From: a virus
IMG/VR virus record: IMGVR_UViG_3300046373_000039
Coordinates: 20,284 to 84,283 of that record
Length of the DNA stretch: 64,000 nt
Reading direction: 5' to 3' (one strand)
A program made the position numbers and the translations under genes. Below are positions 9,568 through 17,419 of the stretch, in pieces. The first letter of the stretch is position 1. Each line of letters starts with the position of its first letter. Under the pieces are notes generated by a model that was given only the letters and a program-made list of their open reading frames with translations, ran no database searches and was not told the origin of the DNA.

Positions 9568-10437
9568 ATGACTAAACCAAGTGCCAAAGTAGTTGCAGAC
9601 AGTTCTTTTTCAAACAGTCGTCTGATAACCCTAGAGATTGAGCTTCACCGTTTCGTACTTCCTGAGTTTAATACTCATCGAAGTATTAGTCGTAATTTCC
9701 AAAGTTCTCGTGCTGTCCCAGTTAAACAAATGATTGAACAAGTTCGTAGCAATCCTGCAATGCCTGTACATTGGGGGTTGAATGAAGCTGGGATGGTTGC
9801 GAGCCAAGAGCTAGGTTATGGAGTGAAACAAGCTGTAGAGTTTCTGTGGGGCAAAGCAGCAATAGAAGCCGTAGATACTGCTGAAAGAATGGAAGCTCTT
9901 GGATCACATAAACAAGTTGTCAATCGAATTCTTGAGCCATTCATGTGGACTAAGGGAGTGGCTACAGCAACTTATAAAGACTGGCAAGCATTCTTAAAGC
10001 TTAGGTTACATAAAGATGCACAACCCGAAATTAAAGCTTTAGCTGTACAGATTGACAAAGTTATTAAAGAGAGTAGTATTGCAGAGCTTGGAGACAGAGA
10101 TTGGCACATGCCTTACTTTGGAGATGGTTATTGGCTAGAGGGTTGCGGTATCCCTCTTAAAGATGCCTTGATGATTTCTTCTAGTTGCTGTGGTCAGGTC
10201 AGCTACCGTAAACTAGATGAAAGTTTAGACAAAGCTAAGAAGATTTATGGTATGCTTAATCTACCAGAGAATGGGAACTATAAAGAAGATCCTCCACACT
10301 TTAGCCCTACAGAACACCAAGCTCGTGCGAGGAATGGAGATTTTGAGATGAGTGGTAATTTTCATTCAGAAGATTCTTGGCTGCAATACCGTAAGATTTT
10401 AGAAAGTGGTTATGAATACCAGATTGAGGAGAAATAA
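9568..10437 (+). CDS. thyX: flavin-dependent thymidylate synthase
   Basis: EFNTHRSISRNFQSSRAVP, HKQVVNRILEPF, LRLHKDAQPEI, HFSPTEH. Confidence 0.92.
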   Translation: MTKPSAKVVADSSFSNSRLITLEIELHRFVLPEFNTHRSISRNFQSSRAVPVKQMIEQVRSNPAMPVHWGLNEAGMVASQELGYGVKQAVEFLWGKAAIEAVDTAERMEALGSHKQVVNRILEPFMWTKGVATATYKDWQAFLKLRLHKDAQPEIKALAVQIDKVIKESSIAELGDRDWHMPYFGDGYWLEGCGIPLKDALMISSSCCGQVSYRKLDESLDKAKKIYGMLNLPENGNYKEDPPHFSPTEHQARARNGDFEMSGNFHSEDSWLQYRKILESGYEYQIEEK

Positions 10438-10438
10438 A

Positions 10439-10630
10439 ATGATTATTGAACGTGATGACTACAACGTATCATCTTGGATTGCAGACTTGATCAACATCCT
10501 AAAGAAACGTGGCTTCCTCATGAAGAAAGAGGATGCTTGGCTAGTTGTACAAGAAAACATTGTAGAGTTTATTGAGTTGTATGAGGGTGGCAGTTCACCA
10601 CAAGAAGCTTTTGAGGAGTACACAGAGTGA
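10439..10630 (+). CDS. hypothetical protein
   Basis: GAGGAGAAA SD, ATG 10439. Confidence 0.7.
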   Translation: MIIERDDYNVSSWIADLINILKKRGFLMKKEDAWLVVQENIVEFIELYEGGSSPQEAFEEYTE

Positions 10631-10995
10631 TTGGATACAGCCTAAGTTTGTCAGACATGCTTCTTGTGCAAGGCTTTAAAGAAGCCTTTGGTAATAACGA
10701 TCAAGAACTAATTAAACAATATCTTTACGATAACGGCTTAGACTCCTCACTAGGACTGGATGAGGTAGTTTGTGAACATCGTAATCTTCGTGGACAAGTT
10801 GTTAATTGTCTTCGATGGGAAGCCCACGAGAGGAATGATAGTGGTTGGATGTCTAGTGAGGGTTGTTCGTGGGAGAACAAGGTAGAACACTCAAGCTTGG
10901 ACATGCGTATTCAACTAAAGACAATGGGTAAGATGCTTAATACAGGTGATTTTTGTGAGTATGCTCAGAAGCATGGGATTCAGTCAGATAATTAA
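10627..10995 (+). CDS. hypothetical protein
   Basis: GAGGAG SD, GTGA overlap. Confidence 0.7.
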   Translation: MIGYSLSLSDMLLVQGFKEAFGNNDQELIKQYLYDNGLDSSLGLDEVVCEHRNLRGQVVNCLRWEAHERNDSGWMSSEGCSWENKVEHSSLDMRIQLKTMGKMLNTGDFCEYAQKHGIQSDN

Positions 10996-11004
10996 TAAGG
11001 AGAT

Positions 11005-11991
11005 ATGATGCTAACGCGAATTCAAACGCCTAAGACAGAGTTTACAGTTGACTATCCAGAGGCTTGCGAATTTACTGACCAACAAGCTGCGGTCTTCTGG
11101 CCGCACTTTGAAGTAAAAGTGCATAAGGATAAGCAAGACATTCTGGTAAACATGACACCAGCAGAACGACATGGTACAATCACAACACTCAAACTGTTTA
11201 CTAAGTACGAACAGATTATCGGAGATGAGTTCTGGCTTGGTTTTGTCTTTAACAAATTTCCACGTGCTGCTGATATTCAACCTATGGCTGCTATGTTTGG
11301 TGCAATGGAATTGGCAGTACATGGTAAATTCTACAGTACATTGAACGAAGAGCTCGGTCTTGCTACAGATTCATTCTATAATGAGTATCTTGAGGATGAA
11401 GACCTTAAAGCTCGTGTAGAATTTTTGGAAGAAAGTATTGGTAATAAAGATGACTTGCGGGCTCTAGGTTCTTTTACCTTCGGGGAGGGGGCTATTCTCT
11501 ACTCTAGTTTTGCTTTCCTAAAGCACTTTCAGAGTCAAGGTAAGAATAAGCTTCTGAACGTTGTGAGTGGTATTAATTTCTCTGCCCGCGATGAGAATCT
11601 TCACTCTGAAGCAGCAGCTTGGTTATTCCGTACACTACTTAAAGAAAAGAAAGATGCAGGTTTGATTGACAATGTATTTGAAGAAGAATTGAAGAAAGAT
11701 ATTTACCTTGCTGCTGAAACAGTAATGGAACATGAGAAAGCAATTATTGGTAAGATCTTTGAGAAGGGTCGTATTGAGGGGATTACAGATAAGCAACTTG
11801 AACACTTTGCTCAGAGCCGTATCAACCTATGTCTCCGTAATCTAGGTTATGAGAATCTGTACAAAGTTGAGTACAACCCAGTTGCGGATTGGTTTTACAA
11901 AGGTATTAATGGTTACAGTTCTATTGACTTTTTTAACAGCCAAGGCAACCAATACCAACGAGATTGGGATTCTGAAGGATTTAAATTTTAA
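11005..11991 (+). CDS. nrdB: ribonucleotide reductase class I beta subunit
   Basis: FW..EV...D, ELAVHGKFY, EGAILYSSF, RDENLH, DFF motifs. Confidence 0.95.
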   Translation: MMLTRIQTPKTEFTVDYPEACEFTDQQAAVFWPHFEVKVHKDKQDILVNMTPAERHGTITTLKLFTKYEQIIGDEFWLGFVFNKFPRAADIQPMAAMFGAMELAVHGKFYSTLNEELGLATDSFYNEYLEDEDLKARVEFLEESIGNKDDLRALGSFTFGEGAILYSSFAFLKHFQSQGKNKLLNVVSGINFSARDENLHSEAAAWLFRTLLKEKKDAGLIDNVFEEELKKDIYLAAETVMEHEKAIIGKIFEKGRIEGITDKQLEHFAQSRINLCLRNLGYENLYKVEYNPVADWFYKGINGYSSIDFFNSQGNQYQRDWDSEGFKF

Positions 11992-12001
11992 GGGGAATTA
12001 A

Positions 12002-13696
12002 GTGACAAATAGTTATCGTGCATTAAGTGATGAACGTAAGAAGTTGCAAGAAGACGGTTTGATGCCTGCACATTGGTCTACAGGCTCTTGGCAGTTGTTT
12101 AAGAACAAATATCTGTATCAAGCTGCAAACCCAAAGGAACAGTATCAACGTATCGCTGCAACTCTTGCTGTACATACACCTGATCCAGCTTTGTGGAAAG
12201 AGAAGTTCTTTGATATTATGTGGAAAGGCTGGCTAAGTCCTTCGACTCCGATCCTAGCTAATACTGGGACTAATCGTGGTTTGCCCGTTAGTTGCGCTGG
12301 TAGTTATATCCCAGACAGTATCGATGGTATCTATAAAGCAAAGCATGAAACTGCAATGCTAACTAAGATGGGTTTCGGTACTGCTGGTTATCTAGGTGAT
12401 ATCCGTCCACGGGGTTCTGTTATCAGTGTAGGAGGCAAAAGTACGGGGGTTTTACAGGTCATTGAGGGCTTCCAAGATGATATGGAGTACGTAGCTCAAG
12501 GTACAGCAAGACGTGGTTCTTGGGCTGGTTATCTCCCAATGGATCACGGAGATTTTGATGAAGTTTGTACCTATCTTGAGCAACATCCAGACGGTAATAA
12601 CATTGGTTGGAATATCTCAGATGAGTTTATTCAAAAGCTTGAAGATAAAGACCCTGAAGCTATTCGTCGATATGGTAAAGCCCTAAAGACTAAGATGGTC
12701 AGTGGTAAAGGATACTTCTTCTTTCCAGGAAAAGCGGAACGTAAACGCCCTCAGTGGTATGTAGATCAGAACCTTGATGTGAAGGCTGCACAGCTCTGTA
12801 ATGAAATCATGCTTCACTCAAGCAAAGACTACACTTATACTTGTGTTCTAGCTTCAATGAATGATGAATTGTTTGATGAATGGCAAGGAACGGATGCAGT
12901 CTTCACAGCTATTGTCTTTCTTGATGCCGTATGTCAGGAATTCATTGAAAGAGCTAAGAATATTCCGGGGCTTGAGAAAGCTGTTGCATTCACAAAGAAC
13001 AGTCGTGCTCTAGGCTTGGGTCAATGCGGCCTACATTCTTACATGCAAAAGAAGATGGTTGCATTTGAAAGCTTTGAAGCTCATATGGTTAACAACAAGA
13101 TTGCTAAGTACGTCCAAGAGGAAGCAATTAAAGCTTCTGAATGGTTGGCAAGTGTTTGGGGTGAACCAAAGTGGATGAAGGGTTACGGTCGTGCCAATAC
13201 TCACTTGATTGCAATTGCACCAACAAAATCTACTGCGTTGATTATGGGTGGTGTTAGTGAGGGTATTAGTCCTGATACTGCTATGGTTTACACACAAAAA
13301 AGTGCTGGTGGTGAAGTTGACCGAGTTAACCCATATCTTCTGAAATTGATGAAAGAAAAAGGAGTGTTTAGTAAGAAAAATGTAGAAGATATTCGTGATA
13401 AGATGGGCAGTGTGCAGCATGTTGATTGGCTGACTGATGAAGAAAAGCTTGTATTCCGTACAGCCTTTGAAATCAATCAACACACAATCTTGCGGTTAGC
13501 TGCTGCTCGTGGTAAGTTCATGGATCAATGGCAATCGTTGAATTTGTTCTTCGCTGCTGGTGAAGATGAGTCCTACATCAATGACGTACACAAGGCTGCA
13601 TTCCTAGACCCTAACATTCTTGGTTTGTATTATGTGTATAGCATGGCAGGGGTACAAGCTTCAAGTGATAAAGATGAATGTTTAGCTTGCCAGTAA
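12002..13696 (+). CDS. nrdA: ribonucleotide reductase class I alpha subunit (short, no ATP cone)
   Basis: SPSTP, PVSC, QG..RRGS, QLCNEI, AIAPTKS, DQWQSLN, LYY, C-terminal CLAC. Confidence 0.95.
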   Translation: MTNSYRALSDERKKLQEDGLMPAHWSTGSWQLFKNKYLYQAANPKEQYQRIAATLAVHTPDPALWKEKFFDIMWKGWLSPSTPILANTGTNRGLPVSCAGSYIPDSIDGIYKAKHETAMLTKMGFGTAGYLGDIRPRGSVISVGGKSTGVLQVIEGFQDDMEYVAQGTARRGSWAGYLPMDHGDFDEVCTYLEQHPDGNNIGWNISDEFIQKLEDKDPEAIRRYGKALKTKMVSGKGYFFFPGKAERKRPQWYVDQNLDVKAAQLCNEIMLHSSKDYTYTCVLASMNDELFDEWQGTDAVFTAIVFLDAVCQEFIERAKNIPGLEKAVAFTKNSRALGLGQCGLHSYMQKKMVAFESFEAHMVNNKIAKYVQEEAIKASEWLASVWGEPKWMKGYGRANTHLIAIAPTKSTALIMGGVSEGISPDTAMVYTQKSAGGEVDRVNPYLLKLMKEKGVFSKKNVEDIRDKMGSVQHVDWLTDEEKLVFRTAFEINQHTILRLAAARGKFMDQWQSLNLFFAAGEDESYINDVHKAAFLDPNILGLYYVYSMAGVQASSDKDECLACQ

Positions 13697-13732
13697 AGAA
13701 AAGCTTGACAATATAATCTGATGTGCTATATT

Positions 13733-13768
13733 GGCCTTATGCTCTTCGGGGTGTAGGGCCTTTTCTTT
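13733..13768 (+). terminator. intrinsic terminator after nrdA
   Basis: GGCCTTATGCTC-TTCG-GGGTGTAGGGCC followed by TTTTCTTT. Confidence 0.8.
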
Positions 13769-13781
13769 ATGGAGAATTAAA

Positions 13782-14423
13782 ATGTATCGCCAACGTTACC
13801 AGTACTGGAGTCACAGCCGTCTCTCCAAATACATCCGTACTAAATTTGGACTAGACAATCCCACAGCATTAACTTGGGAAGGTTGGGATGAACACCACAA
13901 AGAATCCTCTGACAAATCCCCAATAATCAATTGGATCACTGACAAAGGATTTGACAAACTACAAAATATTGTAATGTTCGTCCCAGACCTTTGGTTCAAT
14001 ATTCGCACAGCAACAATTTGGAAATTCTTCAATAATTTATGGCTATTCCATAAATGCCTTTGGAACTACCGTTCATGGGATTATTCAGGGATGGTAAATT
14101 TCATGGTTACGTCTGCTAAGGACATGTCAGAGGTTCAAGAGAAATATGGTCATCACGTTGGGCACTTGAAAACAGCTAAAGAACTAAAAGTGTTTGCTCA
14201 TGTTCTTGAACGTGTACGCGATGACAGTTACACTGAGGATAAGCTTACCTATACTAATCGTTCTAAAGGGTTCGGTATGGGTGTGTTCACTAACAAACCT
14301 AACACACTCCCGAGCTATAGGACTCCTCAACAATTCTACAAATTAACTGGACAACAGCGTAAGGATGATCTATCATTGGTTTGTAAGTTAATGGAGCGCA
14401 AGCTTCTGTCTTGGTGGAATTGA
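13782..14423 (+). CDS. conserved-looking phage hypothetical protein (Trp-rich)
   Basis: GGAGAA SD before ATG 13782; 213 aa ORF. Confidence 0.75.
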   Translation: MYRQRYQYWSHSRLSKYIRTKFGLDNPTALTWEGWDEHHKESSDKSPIINWITDKGFDKLQNIVMFVPDLWFNIRTATIWKFFNNLWLFHKCLWNYRSWDYSGMVNFMVTSAKDMSEVQEKYGHHVGHLKTAKELKVFAHVLERVRDDSYTEDKLTYTNRSKGFGMGVFTNKPNTLPSYRTPQQFYKLTGQQRKDDLSLVCKLMERKLLSWWN

Positions 14424-14433
14424 GGAGAATAAC

Positions 14434-14643
14434 ATGAAAGGTCCATTGATCGACATTGCAGCCACGCTCTTCTTCTTAGCCACAGTAATGCTAGGTGGTT
14501 ATTTGTACTTGGACTGGAAGAAGTCTCAGATTGAAGGTGGTGTGAGTGTAATTGAACAGAAGCAACAAGTGATTAATAAGAGTCTGAAGGATTTGGAAAA
14601 GTCTTTCGAGAGTAGTGTTAAGACGACTAATTTGGAGGAATGA
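14434..14643 (+). CDS. small membrane protein
   Basis: N-terminal hydrophobic helix; GAGGAGAA SD. Confidence 0.7.
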   Translation: MKGPLIDIAATLFFLATVMLGGYLYLDWKKSQIEGGVSVIEQKQQVINKSLKDLEKSFESSVKTTNLEE

Positions 14644-14776
14644 TGAAAGACCATGAATTCAGAGAACAAGTGAATGAACTTAAAGAGTTAGTACTGAAGT
14701 TCAAAGATACTCAACAGTTACGTAGTCGTTTAACTACATTCTTATCTGACTTTAAGAAGAAAGTGGAGGAAACAAA

Positions 14777-15151
14777 ATGAGTGTCGAGAGGATCAAAGAA
14801 GCTATTGAAGTCTACAAGAAAATGACTGCTGGCAATATCATGGAAGACGGTCGTCATCGTGCAGAATATTATGGTGTACAACTTCGTATTGCTCAAGCAG
14901 CTTATGACTTTAATGGCTATATTGTTACAGGAACACGACACTCTTGCCCTATTATGCAACTACAGATGATTGCTATTGGCAATGATGTGCTTGATGGGTG
15001 GTGTCATCCTAATGATATGGTTCAAGGCTTCACTGATCAATATGGAACATTCTATAGCCGAAAAGATGCCTATGTAATTGCTAAAGCTGCCGGTCAACTA
15101 AATGATAGGCATGAATGGGGTGAAACACTTTACTCTGAAAGTTATATTTGA
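14777..15151 (+). CDS. hypothetical protein
   Basis: GGAGGA SD; GTRH...QGFTDQYGTFYSRKDAYVIA...LYSE. Confidence 0.75.
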   Translation: MSVERIKEAIEVYKKMTAGNIMEDGRHRAEYYGVQLRIAQAAYDFNGYIVTGTRHSCPIMQLQMIAIGNDVLDGWCHPNDMVQGFTDQYGTFYSRKDAYVIAKAAGQLNDRHEWGETLYSESYI

Positions 15152-15162
15152 CAAAATTTAGG

Positions 15163-15199
15163 CAAAATAAAGCCCCGCTATCCTTTCGGACGCGGGGCA
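15163..15199 (-). terminator. terminator at the convergence of the + and - blocks
   Basis: Minus strand GCCCCGCGTCC-GAAA-GGATAGCGGGGC followed by TTTATTTTG. Confidence 0.8.
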
Positions 15200-15270
15200 A
15201 AGTTCTGAGATAAGGTTAATGGCGTAACCTCAAATGTCTGCTAGGGCAGTACTTATTTTTATTCTTTCTC

Positions 15271-15624
15271 TCAAGGCACCGTAGTGTTGATTACTGCGTT
15301 TGAGTTATTGTTGTTAATTATCTTAGGTGATAACTTATTCTGTTGCTCAAGCTTATCCATACGCTTTTCAAGAATGTACATTTTATTACTTGTACTCACC
15401 TGATAACTATCTTGAATCTCAGCTAATGTATTAATCCTACCTTCGATATAGGTTACATTCTTTGATGTAACTTTCTGACTCTCTTGCCTAAACTCTTCTA
15501 GTTTTAAACTAAAAGCATTCCTTTCATCCCCAGTTTTATTATTATTGAAAATTATAGTTATCATCAATATCAGTAGAACCAAGGTCATTAGATGAACAAA
15601 TCTTTCTACAATCACCCAGACCAT
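15271..15624 (-). CDS. membrane-anchored coiled-coil protein (lysis region)
   Basis: N-terminal TM helix (LMTLVLLILMITIIF) then a heptad-rich segment; AAGGGG SD. Confidence 0.65.
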   Translation of the reverse strand: MVWVIVERFVHLMTLVLLILMITIIFNNNKTGDERNAFSLKLEEFRQESQKVTSKNVTYIEGRINTLAEIQDSYQVSTSNKMYILEKRMDKLEQQNKLSPKIINNNNSNAVINTTVP

Positions 15625-15635
15625 GTACAATCCCC

Positions 15636-15953
15636 TTATCGACCACTTTTAGCCTTATCAAAGTAAAACTGGAATTGTCTTAAAATGTCTTGTTGGTTAC
15701 TATCAATCCTTTGAGCCAAACTTGAAAAGCCCGCATCCATCCTTGAATTGGTCCTCACTTCAAAATCCCGCATGTCGGACTTGCCTACCTTATCCATTTG
15801 AAGTAAGACAATCTTATCATTAGCATCTTTAACTTCTTTAGAGATATTGTTATAACTAAAGAACATAATAGTTACAAATAAGGACAGGAGACCAAGGGTT
15901 GCCCTTTCCCATAAGTTATTAATTCTTGAGTTAGCATCACTTGGGCTTGACAT
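15636..15953 (-). CDS. single-TM membrane protein (lysis region)
   Basis: AGGAGG SD before ATG 15953 (MSSPSD...); TM segment ATLGLLSLFVTIMFFSY. Confidence 0.7.
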   Translation of the reverse strand: MSSPSDANSRINNLWERATLGLLSLFVTIMFFSYNNISKEVKDANDKIVLLQMDKVGKSDMRDFEVRTNSRMDAGFSSLAQRIDSNQQDILRQFQFYFDKAKSGR

Positions 15954-16224
15954 TATAAAGAGCCTCCTGCGCTTTTTTGTTCTGTTTAATCTTATCCATT
16001 TGCTTTTGCCACATAGCAATACAGCCAGTGTTCTTGCTGTAGGCTACAGCCAAATCCATTACACTTTCACCTGACGGGCTTGCTTTGCAAGGATACACTA
16101 GGAGGCTGTCCGGTGGTCCCACATATACTGTCTTCGGGGCTTGCAATGCAGTAGGCTGAGTCGAGCAAGAGACGCAAATCAAGAGAAAGCAACTCAGAAC
16201 CGTAAATTGTAGTAGTTTTCGCAT
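15937..16224 (-). CDS. o-spanin (Rz1-like lipoprotein)
   Basis: Signal peptide with lipobox CVSC; Pro-rich PPDSLLVYPC; overlaps the i-spanin in another frame. Confidence 0.88.
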   Translation of the reverse strand: MRKLLQFTVLSCFLLICVSCSTQPTALQAPKTVYVGPPDSLLVYPCKASPSGESVMDLAVAYSKNTGCIAMWQKQMDKIKQNKKAQEALYNVKPK

Positions 16225-16552
16225 TTTTATTTGTCTCTGTATCGGAAGGTGCTATTGCAACTCCTGTCTTGAGTTTATTTATTTTAACAACTAGGTTATC
16301 AATCTTATCTCTAACCTCTTGTTTCTCGGCTAAGGATTCAACTACTGAGGTATCATCAATCTTACAAGAAGAATCCTTGAGTTCGGCGTCCTTTTGATAC
16401 CCTACAATCGCATCATTAGCATCTTTAAGCTGAGCTACTGCCACAGCTCTGTCGCCGTACAATGAGTAAGAAAGATAGCCAAAGCCTGCTGTTGAAGCTA
16501 ACAGAGCTAGGATGATATAGGGAGTAGCGCCGGAAAATAAGTTACTGAACAT
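16067..16552 (-). CDS. i-spanin (Rz-like)
   Basis: N-terminal TM, coiled coil and C-terminal Cys residues; follows the holin. Confidence 0.85.
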   Translation of the reverse strand: MFSNLFSGATPYIILALLASTAGFGYLSYSLYGDRAVAVAQLKDANDAIVGYQKDAELKDSSCKIDDTSVVESLAEKQEVRDKIDNLVVKINKLKTGVAIAPSDTETNKNAKTTTIYGSELLSLDLRLLLDSAYCIASPEDSICGTTGQPPSVSLQSKPVR

Positions 16553-16883
16553 TTCCCTTATCCTCTTCTGGCTGCCACAACTTATGTTGTTTAATCATCC
16601 TGAAGACAGCCGCTGATACGTTGAGTACGAACATACATATGCCATACGCAGCTACAGACATTGTAGGTTCAAGTAGAGAGAAGAATGGAAGAATGATTTC
16701 AACCAAGGACAATAGAGCAGACGCTACGGTGGTCCAAAAGGAGTAAGTCTTGAGAACTTTCTTCCAGTTGGGAACTAAGGCTAGTTTAGTGGGAGTAGAC
16801 GACAGAGTGGAAGTGATTGTGGCTTCAACGGCTGTATCTTTTGTGATAGGTGTTACAGGATCTTCAACTTTTACATCTGTCAT
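16542..16883 (-). CDS. holin
   Basis: LVPNWKKVLKTYSFW followed by two TM helices ending RMIKQ; lies between endolysin and spanins. Confidence 0.8.
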   Translation of the reverse strand: MTDVKVEDPVTPITKDTAVEATITSTLSSTPTKLALVPNWKKVLKTYSFWTTVASALLSLVEIILPFFSLLEPTMSVAAYGICMFVLNVSAAVFRMIKQHKLWQPEEDKGNVQ

Positions 16884-16895
16884 TGTTATATCTGC

Positions 16896-17324
16896 CTAGG
16901 AGAGAAACAAATCTCTCTCTGCAATGCGTCTACGAGTTAGTCCAGCCAGAACTTTACCGCCAGCACGATTCCATCTTTCAAACTCTTTAGCTGCACCTGA
17001 ATAATCCAGAGAGTTCAGTTTTCGCAGTAGAGTCGAGGATTTGAGATTACCTAAGCCAAGGTTGAAGCTAAAGCTAACTAAAGCATCAAATTGATTTTGA
17101 TTTACTGGGACAGTAACTAGATCACTTGCCCCTTTCTCAAACCTTGAAAGGTCACTTTTCAACAAAGATTCAGCTTGAGCTTCAGTGATGGTTTGTCCCA
17201 TTGAAACATGTGAACCAGTGGAACCATATCCAATTGTAGTTACGCCAACAGAGTCTTTATAAGCTTTAAGAGATAATCCCTCAAAACTCTTAATAAGACT
17301 AATACCTTTTTGACTAATATTCAT
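16896..17324 (-). CDS. endolysin, GH24 lysozyme
   Basis: IKSFEG..AYKDSVGVTTIGYG (E-8aa-D-5aa-T triad), QNQFDALVSF, GLTRRR.AE. Confidence 0.96.
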   Translation of the reverse strand: MNISQKGISLIKSFEGLSLKAYKDSVGVTTIGYGSTGSHVSMGQTITEAQAESLLKSDLSRFEKGASDLVTVPVNQNQFDALVSFSFNLGLGNLKSSTLLRKLNSLDYSGAAKEFERWNRAGGKVLAGLTRRRIAERDLFLS

Positions 17325-17419
17325 ATAAACCTCTTTACTAAAAAGAAGCGACAGCCTTTACAGCTGCCTCCTCTACACCCAAGAGCTTTACAGCTTCTGA
17401 ATAGTTCATTTTATACCTA

